64,000 nt of DNA, from assembly GCF_964355755.1 (NCBI RefSeq), contig NC_092674.1, positions 7,192,001-7,256,000 of the forward strand, written 5' to 3'. This document shows, in pieces, positions 38,801 to 48,790 of this stretch. The notes beneath the pieces were generated by a model. The model ran no database searches. It saw nothing but the letters and a program-made list of their open reading frames with translations, and was not told where the DNA came from. A program made the translations under genes and the position numbers. Every line of letters begins with the position of its first letter. Within the stretch, counting starts at the first letter, position 1. The DNA is from Antedon mediterranea. Lineage: Eukaryota; Animalia; Echinodermata.

Positions 38801-41800
38801 ATCATTTATAATTTTTAAAATAGATGTGCCATTTAACCATACTGTATTTACCCATTTCTAAAATTACAAAAAAATAATCAAAACATACCTTGCTCGTACT
38901 TTAAGTTTTTTAGACACAGCTAATTTCATCTGGTTCTTTGTATTTTTTTTCTTATTTATTGCATCTGTTTTTGCTTTGTTTTTGCCTCATTTTGTAATTA
39001 TTTTACACTCATAATAATAATTATTTCATTTTTAATAAAAAAAAATACTTAGATTAAAGCTCTGTCTACACTATCAAACTAGTTTGACAAAAAGTGTGAT
39101 GTGCCCAAATATGGTAGTGATACGCCCAAATATGGTAGTGATATGACATCATGTCTATATATGAGCACATCACATTTTTTTGTCGCATAAAGTTTGATAA
39201 TCTAGACAAAGCATTAGATACTTTTATTGAATATTTTGTCACTTATTAATTATTTTTAAAGCATAAAAGATAGTAGTATGAATCATTAATAAACAGTCTC
39301 TGTGATGTATGTACACTTTACCACTGCACTAAAATAATATTAACCTAACTCTAATTAGTTTGGAAAACTAATCGATGTAACAGAATTTCAGCCCAAAAAT
39401 ATAATAATAAAAAAGAAATTCATAATTATTTTAGATTACAGTAGGAACATTAGATTTCTTCACCAAAAAAAAGGCAGTTTATGTGGCTAGCTTACTTGGA
39501 TAAACCAGCATTGGCCAAAGTGCTCTTTGCTTAATTTAAATATCCCTGATAAAAATGGTACAACCCAACATTATTTGCTGAAGTACCATAGATTGTAGTA
39601 TCATAATTTAACTTTAGTACAGTATGTGGGGAAAAATTCATAGAAAATAAATAATTTTTTAAAGATTATTTTTCTGTCTGTTTACATTATTTTTCTGTTT
39701 GTTTACAGAAACTGTGGAAAATATGAATCAGATACCTGTTATACATACAACACACCAAACACAATTATTAGCACAATCCTATCCCGAATTAGAAGTCACA
39801 ATTGAACAGGGAATAATTGATTCAGAAATAAACAATAATAATAACAAATCTAGCAAACGATCGCCGACGAGACGGGGACGACCAAAGAATAAATCAAAAT
39901 CTGAATTATCGTTACACAATACGAATGGAGGCGTGCGTAAAAAGGCTAAAGATGGTACGTAGTTTATGCAGGTCAATTTATTTCAAATTCTTCAAAATTT
40001 ATGCTGAGCTATCGCACCTATTTTGTATGTTTTTATATTTATTATTCATTAATTTCTTTCTTTTCGGATAGTAAATCCATTACAGTTTACAAAACAAAGA
40101 CAAAATTTAACCAGGAAATTGACAATTTAAACTCTGTCTACACTATAAAATTTTATGTGACAAAAAAATATGATGTGCTCATATATGGACATGATGATGT
40201 TAACTCATATCACTACCATATTTAAGTATATCACTACCATATTTGGGCACATCACACTTTTTTTGTCAAACTAGTTTGATAGTGTAGACAGAGCTTAACA
40301 CATTCACAACCTAAAATATTAATTTGCACCAATGCTTAAATGGTTGTCAAGAGTGAAATAAACAAACCTTTGTGTAGCACAATTACATTCATATTTTTTC
40401 ATATATTAATTTCTTGTGTCCTAATTTTTCAGGTCATACAACATATTTTTTCATATATTAATTTCTTGTGTCCTAATTTTTCAGGTCATACGACATATTT
40501 ATGGGAGTTCCTTCTAGAATTATTACAAAATAATGACACTTGTCCTAAGTTCATAAAATGGACGGAACGTGAACAAGGCATCTTCAAGTTAGTTGACTCA
40601 AAGGCAGTGTCTAGGTTATGGGGCCAAATGAAGAACAAACCAGACATGAATTATGAAACAATGGGCAGGGCTTTAAGGTAAACATTGGTCTATTTTGTTG
40701 TTTGTTTCATTCATCCTAACTCAACAGTTCTTTTCAGAACTAATACATGTGGTGTACCGCAAACTGTATATCAACATTCATTCATCCTCACGTAAGGAAA
40801 TTTAGATTAGGCCCTGTACTGGTCCATGTTAGGCACAAAATATGCATTCCAAAATATGCATTCATTGTACACCCAAGCCAGGTGTGTCCAGTTTTAAGCT
40901 CTGTCTAACCTATCGAACTAGTTTGACAAGTAGAGTGTGATGTGCCCAAAAATGGTGGTAGTGATATGAAATCATCATCATCTATATGGGCACATCACAT
41001 TTTTTGTCGCATAAGTTTGATAGTGTACATAAAGCTTAATTCTTTTCTGAGAAGACTTGTTCTACTACAAAAAGAAATAGGGTTGAGGAGTGACTTAAAC
41101 CTGTGCTGGTAGCATTATGGCTTTATGTAAGAAATAAACTGTAGCATTATTTTAAGATCTGTGAAAACTCTACAACCATTGCTAGTTGTTTGCGATACAC
41201 CACATAATAATAATAACAATAATACCACATTTATATAGCGCCCTTTTCATGAGTAATCATGCTCAAAGGCGCTTTACAAGCATTATTACCCCAGTATTTT
41301 TTTTGGGATCAAACACGTATGGAAACATACTCCCATAATGCAGCCGGTAACCAGCGCAAAGTTGTGTCTAGATCTAACTGGGTACCCATTTATACACCTG
41401 GGTGGAGAGAGGCAACGTAAGTAAAGTATCTTGCCTACGGATACAAGCAATGCGGCGAGAGTTGGATTTGAACCTAGGTCTGACGATCGGTAGTCCAACG
41501 TCCAACACACTGCGCCACACGCCCCTTATAGTTTCTTTCTCATATGCTAGTTAGTTAGCTGTGGCATAGAACATAGGCATCTCCCATGGTGATATAGTTT
41601 TGACTGCTCAATTATCACTCTTTAAAAAGTTACGTGCACAATACAAGACTATTCAATGAGGAATGACATAGATGAATAGATCTATATAATATATTCTATG
41701 TTGGTTGTTGACTTTATTAATGTAATAAATATTTTTTTTAAATTATTATTAGGTACTATTATCAACGTGGAATCTTATCAAAAGTTGACGGTCAGCGATT

Positions 41801-41855
41801 AGTGTATAGATTCTGTGAGATTCCAAAGAACATTGTTGAGATAGATTGTAATTGA
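23751..41855 (+). CDS. ELF: ETS transcription factor of the ELF1/2/4 - E74 subfamily, long isoform (8 coding exons, about 368 aa)
   Basis: Exons 23751-23813, 25537-25681, 34274-34426, 36597-36716, 37948-38031, 39709-39954, 40485-40677, 41753-41855 join in frame at GT-AG sites. ETS domain [69 protein letters not shown]; E74-like end EIDCN*; ELF N-terminal motifs PAVIVQ and [14 protein letters not shown]. Confidence 0.92.
24721..24812. repeat. 21-bp tandem repeat (GATGTCATCAACTATACTGTC) x about 4.5
   Basis: Directly visible. Confidence 0.9.
25537..25681 (+). CDS. ELF: ELF exon ([14 protein letters not shown]...FKEL)
   Basis: ttatAG acceptor, GTAAGT donor, PAVIV motif of the ELF N-terminus. 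Confidence 0.85.
28405..28640 (+). mobile_element. Degenerate copy of the CORE-like SINE at 41205
   Basis: Shares GGTTCGAATCCAACTCTCGCC, CCACCCAGGTGTATAAATG, GACACAACTTTGC and a (TAT)n tail. Confidence 0.75.
29080..29343. mobile_element. MITE with TATCCTCTG..TAATCCCACTT TIRs
   Basis: About 24-bp imperfect TIR. Confidence 0.6.
29598..29923. mobile_element. Tc1/mariner-pogo-type MITE
   Basis: TIR CCGTAAAT.TTCTAAT.GTAACCC, TA flanks, internal GGGTTACTATT repeats. Confidence 0.7.
30300..30900 (+). promoter_or_regulatory. Putative internal promoter of the short ELF isoform with clustered ETS sites
   Basis: AAGATGGC (YY1-like) at the ATG; AACCAGGAAGTG at 30616 and 30863; CACTTCCGGTT at 30691. 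Confidence 0.55.
30452..30497 (+). CDS. ELF: ELF alternative first coding exon ([15 protein letters not shown]), short isoform about 314 aa
   Basis: ATG in caagATGGC context, GTAAGC donor, phase 1 matches exon 34274; surrounding region is CpG-richer and promoter-like. Confidence 0.75.
34274..34426 (+). CDS. ELF: ELF exon (ANACSEG...[14 protein letters not shown]...ITK)
   Basis: cAG acceptor, GTAATG donor, motif resembling ELF ETIEAAEALL. Confidence 0.88.
34784..34949. mobile_element. MITE family A
   Basis: Both TIRs, TAA TSD. Confidence 0.85.
35168..35923. mobile_element. Non-autonomous Tc1/mariner-pogo DNA transposon
   Basis: Perfect 27-bp TIR CCGTATATTTCGGTGTATAAGTCGCAC, TA flanks, subterminal TGTATAAGACGCAC repeats. 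Confidence 0.9.
36597..36716 (+). CDS. ELF: ELF exon (DSKPPESS...IKVE...LTDS)
   Basis: tcttAG acceptor, GTAAGT donor, phase 1-1, open frame. Confidence 0.8.
37657..37864. repeat. About 110-bp tandem duplication ending in a Tc1-like terminus (GGAGAATTGACTGTA)
   Basis: Two near-identical copies. Confidence 0.85.
37948..38031 (+). CDS. ELF: ELF putative 84-nt symmetric (possibly cassette) exon ([13 protein letters not shown]...DFKP)
   Basis: tttcAG acceptor, GTAGGC donor, phase 1-1, no stop. Confidence 0.55.
38420..38556. mobile_element. Small Tc1/mariner-type MITE
   Basis: TA-CAGTCAACTC ... GAGCTGACTG-TA. Confidence 0.55.
39058..39213. mobile_element. MITE family A
   Basis: TIRs and core. 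Confidence 0.85.
39709..39954 (+). CDS. ELF: ELF exon preceding the ETS domain (…[11 protein letters not shown]…RKKAKD)
   Basis: tttacAG acceptor, GTACGT donor, basic region in frame with the ETS exon. Confidence 0.88.
40130..40295. mobile_element. MITE family A
   Basis: TIRs and core. Confidence 0.85.
40485..40677 (+). CDS. ELF: ELF ETS-domain exon 1
   Basis: [15 protein letters not shown]...[17 protein letters not shown] donor. Confidence 0.96.
40897..41036. mobile_element. MITE family A
   Basis: TIRs and core. Confidence 0.8.
41205..41525 (-). mobile_element. tRNA-derived SINE with CORE-like domain and L2-like tail
   Basis: Minus strand GGGGCGTGTGGCGCAGTG..GGTTCAAATCC head, CTCTCCACCCAGGTGTATAAATGGGTACC core, TGTAAAGCGC..GGCGCTATATAAAT..(TAT)n tail. 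Confidence 0.85.
41753..41855 (+). CDS. ELF: ELF ETS-domain terminal exon
   Basis: [34 protein letters not shown] then TGA. Confidence 0.96.
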
Positions 41856-41884
41856 CCAGCATCATACAGTACTATATAAAACTC

Positions 41885-41908
41885 TATATATATATATATA
41901 TATATATA
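41885..41908. repeat. (TA)n microsatellite in the ELF 3' UTR
   Basis: Directly visible. Confidence 0.9.
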
Positions 41909-44900
41909 AATACTAGAGTGGTTTAATAAATGGCTGTTTTTAACACCCTCCAAGATAACTACAATATCAGGGAGGTTTATAACTGCCATGAATTGTCTAG
42001 TGCATTCGGTAAATCGCCATGTTTTCTGTGCCTACAACTGACGATGTCTTGTGCGTCACCAATCGAGGATACTCACTGGACACGCTATGAACGTGCATGT
42101 TATCTTTATGTTGGGGTTATGAAGAGCATATCGATATCGCAGCGATAACATTCAGGTCCGTTGGCTGAATATTAAGTGTGCATATTCTTGTTTTACATGT
42201 AAAACTACAGGGTTCAATTACTAATGTAGTAGTATAGATTGTTGAATTAAGGGAACTATGGATGCAACTATGTACTGGAAAAAGAAAGAGGACGATAAAT
42301 ACTGTTTGAAATATCCTCAATGTTGCGTCTTTCCGGCGGTAGATTTCAGATGTGGTAGAAGGCATCACAGTGTCAGAGATGATGGCACGTCCTAGCATTA
42401 ACAATAACTTAACCAGTGTGAAATATGATAGTATTGTTGATGTATCTACTCGGAGCTGCATTCCAAATAATTTGGAAGAACACATCTAGGAAGAGTTGAT
42501 GCCAAAAGGAAATTACCCAGTATGCACTCGAATAGGGATATACATTTCTTATAAGCTAAACAAAACAACAGGAGTTGTTAATGCCACTATCTGGGAAAAA
42601 CAGCAAATTGCCCTGAAAAATTAATCTGGCAGGAATGCAGATGATTTAGCAGAAACCCAGCTAGCAGGAGCTAGTGCTACTTGTGTGATATATAAAAATT
42701 ACCATGTATACACCCAGACAACAGACATGTAGATGATTTGGGAGAAGAAATGCAGCTAGCAAGAATAAATAAAAACTTTATTATTATATAAAAAAAAGAT
42801 AGAAAGAAATTTCAAGTATTGTATAAAACAGCACTCTTTTTGTAAAATTGTATATATAGAATTACACAATTGAGAAAAAAAATATAAAGGGGTCATAAAA
42901 GAGATACATTTTAATATGTTATAGACAAAACAAAAAAAATACAAAAAGGAGTCTGTATTGATAAAAGCAGACATATAGCGTAATTTTATTGAAAACTCAT
43001 TTCACGTGCATACGGAATAAATTAAATATCAGTATTTTTAGGTATTTTTTTTACATAAATTGCCCGCCACTATGCGAACGGTTACAATAATGTCGCAAAG
43101 CAAGTTTCGTTTATGATGATGAATTTCTTATTCGGCCGTATAGTATACTGTAATTGTGATTTGACTGAGCGTTAACTACACCCAACCAAACAGCATTATC
43201 TTTCAACTTGAATTACAAAAAATAATGTTAAATATAACGCTATATATTCAGTTTTTTATTGTACATTATTAATAGTTTTGGATCAACTACTAAAAGTATC
43301 AATGCTAATAATATTCTTTAAAAACTATATATGCAAAAGCAGACTTATTTAATTTGTTTTCCCCCCATTGACTGTTAATATGAATTTCATTCGCTATCTT
43401 ACTGGAGTGGTTGAAATCTATTAAATACAATTTTACCACATAAAACAAGTTTTAAACAAATTATATTTATATTTTATATAGTTTAATTTATTTATATTTT
43501 GTGTCTGCAATTATTTCTTTTTTTTTTACTATATGATATGTTTAAAATTTTTTTCCATATTTATAGAAGAATAAATAAAAGTTTTGGATTTTTACCACCA
43601 TCAAAATTTCACAAATTTTACATAATATTGACTTGCTACAAATTAAACAGCAGCATGAATCTCAACCCTAACTGCCAAAGATCTTTCATTGTTAGTTTTG
43701 TCCATAGGTTGGGTAGCCTAGAATCCGTAGTAGAGTGGGATGTGTTGGGGATATATAGTACAGTACTATAGTAGTGTACTGTTGTGTTTAGCCTTTATAC
43801 TCTATAGCTTTTCTAAAGCGCTTGGAAACATTTGCATTTGGCGCTAATAGCGGACAACCATTATTACTATGTAATAAAATGAAAATGCTGAAAACACTAA
43901 ATAGCCTATCGGTGTGCTGTTGTACTTTTAATTGAAAACCTCTAAACACTCTTACAATCTGACATTTGCTATATTCTGACGGATGGACCAAGTACACATA
44001 AATATACGAATAAATATATGAAAACTTGTGTTGATAATACCAATACGAACTTCCATCTGCACTCAGATTGTTATTATATTTTTGTGTTTAGTTAAAGGGA
44101 ATTGTTTATTTCAAATAAAATTTAAAAATATTTGGAGTCTTGTGTTGTCATTTTTTTCACCATATTAACATACATAATAAAAACTAAATGAATCAAACTA
44201 GGAACAGGATTGTGACGTATGGAAAAAAAATGGTATGAGTGTTGGTTGTGCAGTTTATGAAATTTTGGTTTAGTGCTATTTCAGTCTGGGTTCCAGACGG
44301 AGTTTTGTCTTAATATTAGTAAAAAGATAAATATTTTGGCACGTTTCATACGTATACTACTTGATTTTGGATACTGTATTTTCAGACAAAAATCGCGGTC
44401 GAAATAAAAACAAATAAATTAAAAAAAAGATAATAAATACTTGGGGCAAGTCTAGTGCTATTTATGAGGTACTGTATAGCACTTTTTTGTTTAATTACTT
44501 TAAATATATATTTGTTAAAAACATTTAATCTTTATGGATTTTAATCGCTTTCGCTTAAGAACAACGCACCACTATGTTTTTCTCTGCGGCCAATGTGCAT
44601 ACTACTAAGTCAGACACCAGGTTTATATTCATTTGCATACAACATTCAATTTAATACAGAAAATCTTTACGTGTTTGTCCTTGGCTTTACAGACCGCCTT
44701 GTAATTACACAATCCAGTTAGTAACAAAAATAAACAACACAAAATCAACATCCAATAAAAACATTACCTGAGTCTACAGTTGTATATACTGTGCTACTAT
44801 AAATAATTCTTCATATATTAAACAAAACACACCAAACTGATTCTAAAATGTCACTTGAGTAACGTAAAGACATATGCATACAAACATAGTGTTTGGTCAA

Positions 44901-45199
44901 TATTTTCGGAATACTGTATAATTTCCGTGCAATATTTTGTTTCATTCGAAACCACTGAACATAAATAAACATACATGTACATAATTAAAAAAATGTTTGT
45001 TCTATTAAGGCCAATAAGGCACGATTTACAAATAGTTTCTTTCCAGGAGCTATTAGAATAATAGAATAATAATAATTTTGTAATGTTTTTGTTTTTGAGT
45101 TCGTGTTGTGTCCGTTGGATATTGTGCTCCGCCAACAGAATTTTCATGTTTTTTTTCTTAAAACAAATGACAATAAATGATATTTGACTTATTATAGAT

Positions 45200-45368
45200 G
45201 AAAGATGTACTAGGTTCTTTAAAGTGCACACGAGCTAGATGTGTACACTGGACGAAGAAGACTCGTTCTACCATCAGAACCATGGAGTGAGCGAGTCTCG
45301 AACCCATGCCGATGTTATGGCTACGTAATTACGGTTCCACTGTCTTAACCGCTCGGCCACTCACTCAC
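45200..45368 (-). mobile_element. Truncated copy of the Deu/Nin-like SINE
   Basis: Reverse complement matches the first part of 18252-18577 with an internal deletion. Confidence 0.85.
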
Positions 45369-46482
45369 TGACGGAACTGAAGGAAACCGTATTGTGGTGA
45401 AATGCGTACTAAAAATCTTTATTATTAAAGGAAATTGCTGAACTACTGCCAACCTTTGAAAACAAGACAGGTAATTTTTTATATTTCTTATTATGTGTTT
45501 ATATAGTTCAATGCGCTGTAAATGATGGGAGGCAATTATTGTGCGTCCATTCTCTAGCTAGTACTATGGAGAGTCTAAAATATAGAATCCGTTATTCCTT
45601 ATGACCATTTACCAACAACGCAAGGTAGATTGGTGCTTTCCGCTCGGGATACAAATTTTACATGATTTTGCGCTCGCCATTACCGCTCATCTGTGTAAAT
45701 TGGCCTTAACTCTAAAATACCTATCGAATACAAAAACGCCTGTATTGACGGCCCAATGTGAAATTACCTAGTAAGCACCCTTGAAATAAATAGGCCTCTG
45801 CAATTGAGTGTGTACTATTGAGTTACAGTAAAACTCCTTTAGGACACCCTTATTTTTGTTACAGTATCTTTTCCTAATAGGGGTGTACTGTATTAAAATT
45901 ATAAGACGTAGATATCAATATTGCTTTAATAATAATATAGTTCTACATAAAATATGTATTTTGTATCTAATTTATTTATGTAATACATTAAAATGTATAT
46001 AATATATAATACAATAAATGATCAAATAAATACCATACAACTGATATTATATATAAATATAATATGTATATTTTTTTACAGATGGAATACTGAAAGAAAT
46101 ATGTGAAAGAGAGAATCTGTGATTAACAAAAAGGTAAGGTTGTATGTTTTACAGCATTTACTTCAGTACCTTGACACTACTATAGAGCCTTGTTTGCACT
46201 GGACTTGAAAAATGGTCAATTATTGGTAACCATGATGTTAAAACTATGACTGACTTGCATAGTGGTGAAGGTCATGTGTTAACCCGAGTCACATATTTGG
46301 ATTGGATTTTTTAGCCAACATGGTTACTCAGTTCTACTGAGCAGGCAGTGGTCGGTAAAAGTAACCATTGAACTTAAATTTAATCCTGAGGGAATTGTAG
46401 CCACTGTTCAGATTGGCATTTTCGCTGATAAAGTACTGTATTTGTTACACGATTAAAATACTTGTTAAAATTAAAAAATTGT

Positions 46483-47306
46483 TCAATTGTCTGGTATAGA
46501 AAATTCGCATACTAGAGATAGATGGTCTGAAGGGTATGTTGCTGATGGTAACCTGTTTTCACCGATTTCATCCCCTGTAGGGAAACATAGTAAACTTTTA
46601 ATAGCCAAACTAGTCTTGGTGTACCACATGTAATCAATTGTATGACATTGTTCACCGTTCTTACGAATCTTCCACGTTGTGTATGCCGGTTCACTTTTTC
46701 CGTCTACGCTTAATAATTTATAAGCACTGTCTAAATTTAACGGGCACTCTGCGTATAATCGGTATACTTCTTCAGTGGGTTCTGCGTTAAAATCGCCTAC
46801 TAAAATACCTGGAAGAGAACCGACTTGGCTCGTAAAATGCTCTAGGAGGTCCAACCCTTGACTGTAACGTACGTCTTCATAGCCCGGTTTCGCTTTAAAA
46901 TGAGTTACACCGATAACGAATTCTTTCTTGTTGCTACATCTCAACGTGTTAATGATTCCGACTTGATTACTCCATCGTTCGTATCCATCATGAGTAACTT
47001 TGAGAACTAGTTTCTCTGAGTTTACTAAGTCAAATTTATCGGTTTTAAAGAACAACGCGCAACCATCTGGTCCATTGTTCTGTGGACTGTCTAAACAAGG
47101 AGAGCTAGGCTTAGCCATAAACGATCCGTGGTAGCCTAGCATCTTTAAAATTGGGTTGAAAAAATCATCATAATGATCGACTTCCTGAAGGCACATTACA
47201 TCTGGGTCATAGGTTAACAGTTCCTCTAGAATATGAAACTTGCGTGTCTCCCAGTTCAGAGCTGCTTTAGGACACCGTATAAAGTTATCTCTGCCTGTTG
47301 CAAGTG
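46483..47306 (-). CDS. NOCT: Nocturnin terminal exon (catalytic domain)
   Basis: Acceptor at 47307-47308; ALATGRDNFIRCP...PSDHLSLVCEFSIPDN*. Confidence 0.96.
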
Positions 47307-48245
47307 CTAAAAAATAAAATTATATAATCATAACTATAGTAGAATAGTAGGGAAAACTTGCCTAAATAGAGGTATTGATAAATATTTAATTGGTCACCAC
47401 TGAATAAGTGAGTGATAATAGGCTAAAGCCCAAACAGATTCTGCACACACTTCATAATTACAATACAAACAAAGGGGAATCCCCTTAATGAGTGTATCCC
47501 AGTTTCAAAAGCACTGAACAAGATATTAAAACTCACCATCTGCTAGTATATTCCATTGTATAACACGAACTGTTGAGTCATTTTGGACATTTGGAAATTC
47601 AACAAATTTTCTTTTTAGCAATGGTGGACGATCTTTTACTAAATCTTGACATTTTTCAATAACCTCTTTTCTTTCACTCATGTTTTCAAAAAGTGTTGTT
47701 TTTGGAGCCGCTCCCCTTGAAACACCCAAGAATCTGTAAAAATAAATGGAACAAAGAAAATATTTACTTCGAGGCCTAAATAAAATATAGCTTATTAAAG
47801 TACTGTAATTATTTATCAATATTGTTTTGTATCAATTATTTTATTTTAAAAAAGCAGAAGAAATAACATGGATATGTATTGGACTGCTGCAGTCAAACGG
47901 TTTTAATTGATTATTTATAGAATTATCAACTCTCCTAATACTGGACAACCTTGGAATATAAATTCTGGTAATACGTGTTTTAATGGTAAAATTAATATGG
48001 GACATTTTGTTTTTTTGGACCTAAATAAAGAAATGTTTGGTTTTAATTTCTGTTATTTCTCGGAATGGGGGAGTTGAATGTATCAGAAATTTACATGATT
48101 CGATATACTGTAGGCCTGGGTACATTTATTGAACGCGACAATAGTTAATACTGTACCTTCTCCTGCTATCCATAACACTTATTCTTAGTAACGGCAGGAA
48201 AGCTCTGCGATAAATTCTTGTAAACAACCGTTCAGTTGCTTCCAT
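46483..48245 (-). CDS. NOCT: Nocturnin (CCR4-like EEP-fold NADP(H) 2'-phosphatase), 3 coding exons, about 369 aa
   Basis: Exons 48157-48245, 47537-47733, 46483-47306 in frame. Motifs RVIQWNILAD, CLQEVDHY, GPDGCALF, THFKAK, GDFNAEP, YTTWKIR, TIDYMWY, YPSDHLSL. Confidence 0.95.
47537..47733 (-). CDS. NOCT: Nocturnin middle exon
   Basis: tttacAG acceptor, GTGAGT donor; ...RPPLLKRKFV...VRVIQWNILAD. Confidence 0.92.
48157..48245 (-). CDS. NOCT: Nocturnin N-terminal exon (MEATERLFTRIYRRAFLPLLRISVMDSRRR)
   Basis: ATG immediately after an AG, donor GTACAG, phase 2 matches the next exon. Confidence 0.7.
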
Positions 48246-48630
48246 CTATTTATTAGTATTAAATAAAACAAATATTAATATTGTCAATATCATCAAACAA
48301 ATTTCCACTCAAAGTTTTCTAAAAAAGTTATAAATACTACTGACTGTAGGTCTGTAAGCAATATCAGTCAACACATCATTCCATCGCTCACCCCCTACTG
48401 TACTTATAGTCTAACCGGAGTCCTAGTCTTAGCCCCAGCTATTCTACTAGTAGTAGGGCCTTCTTCCTAGTACGAGCCTGCCGATCCGCCGCCAGCCTAG
48501 CTAGATTTGTTGAAACAATTAACCGGCACCAGCATAAGCTAGGTCTAGGCCTAGTAGTAGGCCCATCATAGGCCTAGCGCGAATTTATGATAAACAGGCT
48601 TACTTCATAAACATTTAGAAAATACCTTAC

Positions 48631-48790
48631 CAACAATATTCTACAAACGTTCAGAAACCCCGTTGTGTATTCTAATAATTTAAAATTAACGTAAATATCA
48701 TAAATATTAACTGAAATTCGGAACTGGAAATTACAATCGGCTAACTGTTTCTGTGTCACATCCGTCCGTGTTTTTCCTCTGTTGGCAGAA
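48631..48790 (-). promoter_or_regulatory. Probable nocturnin proximal promoter / non-coding first exon
   Basis: GTAAGG donor at 48630 on the minus strand; locally CpG-richer sequence; upstream boundary approximate. Confidence 0.4.

Noticed and set aside
41667-41700. CATAGA...TTCTATG segment as a third P-like footprint
   Set aside because: No flanking direct repeat.
42117-45231. ORFs of 70-126 aa downstream of ELF
   Set aside because: Lie in the probable 3' UTR or intergenic AT-rich DNA with no recognisable protein features.
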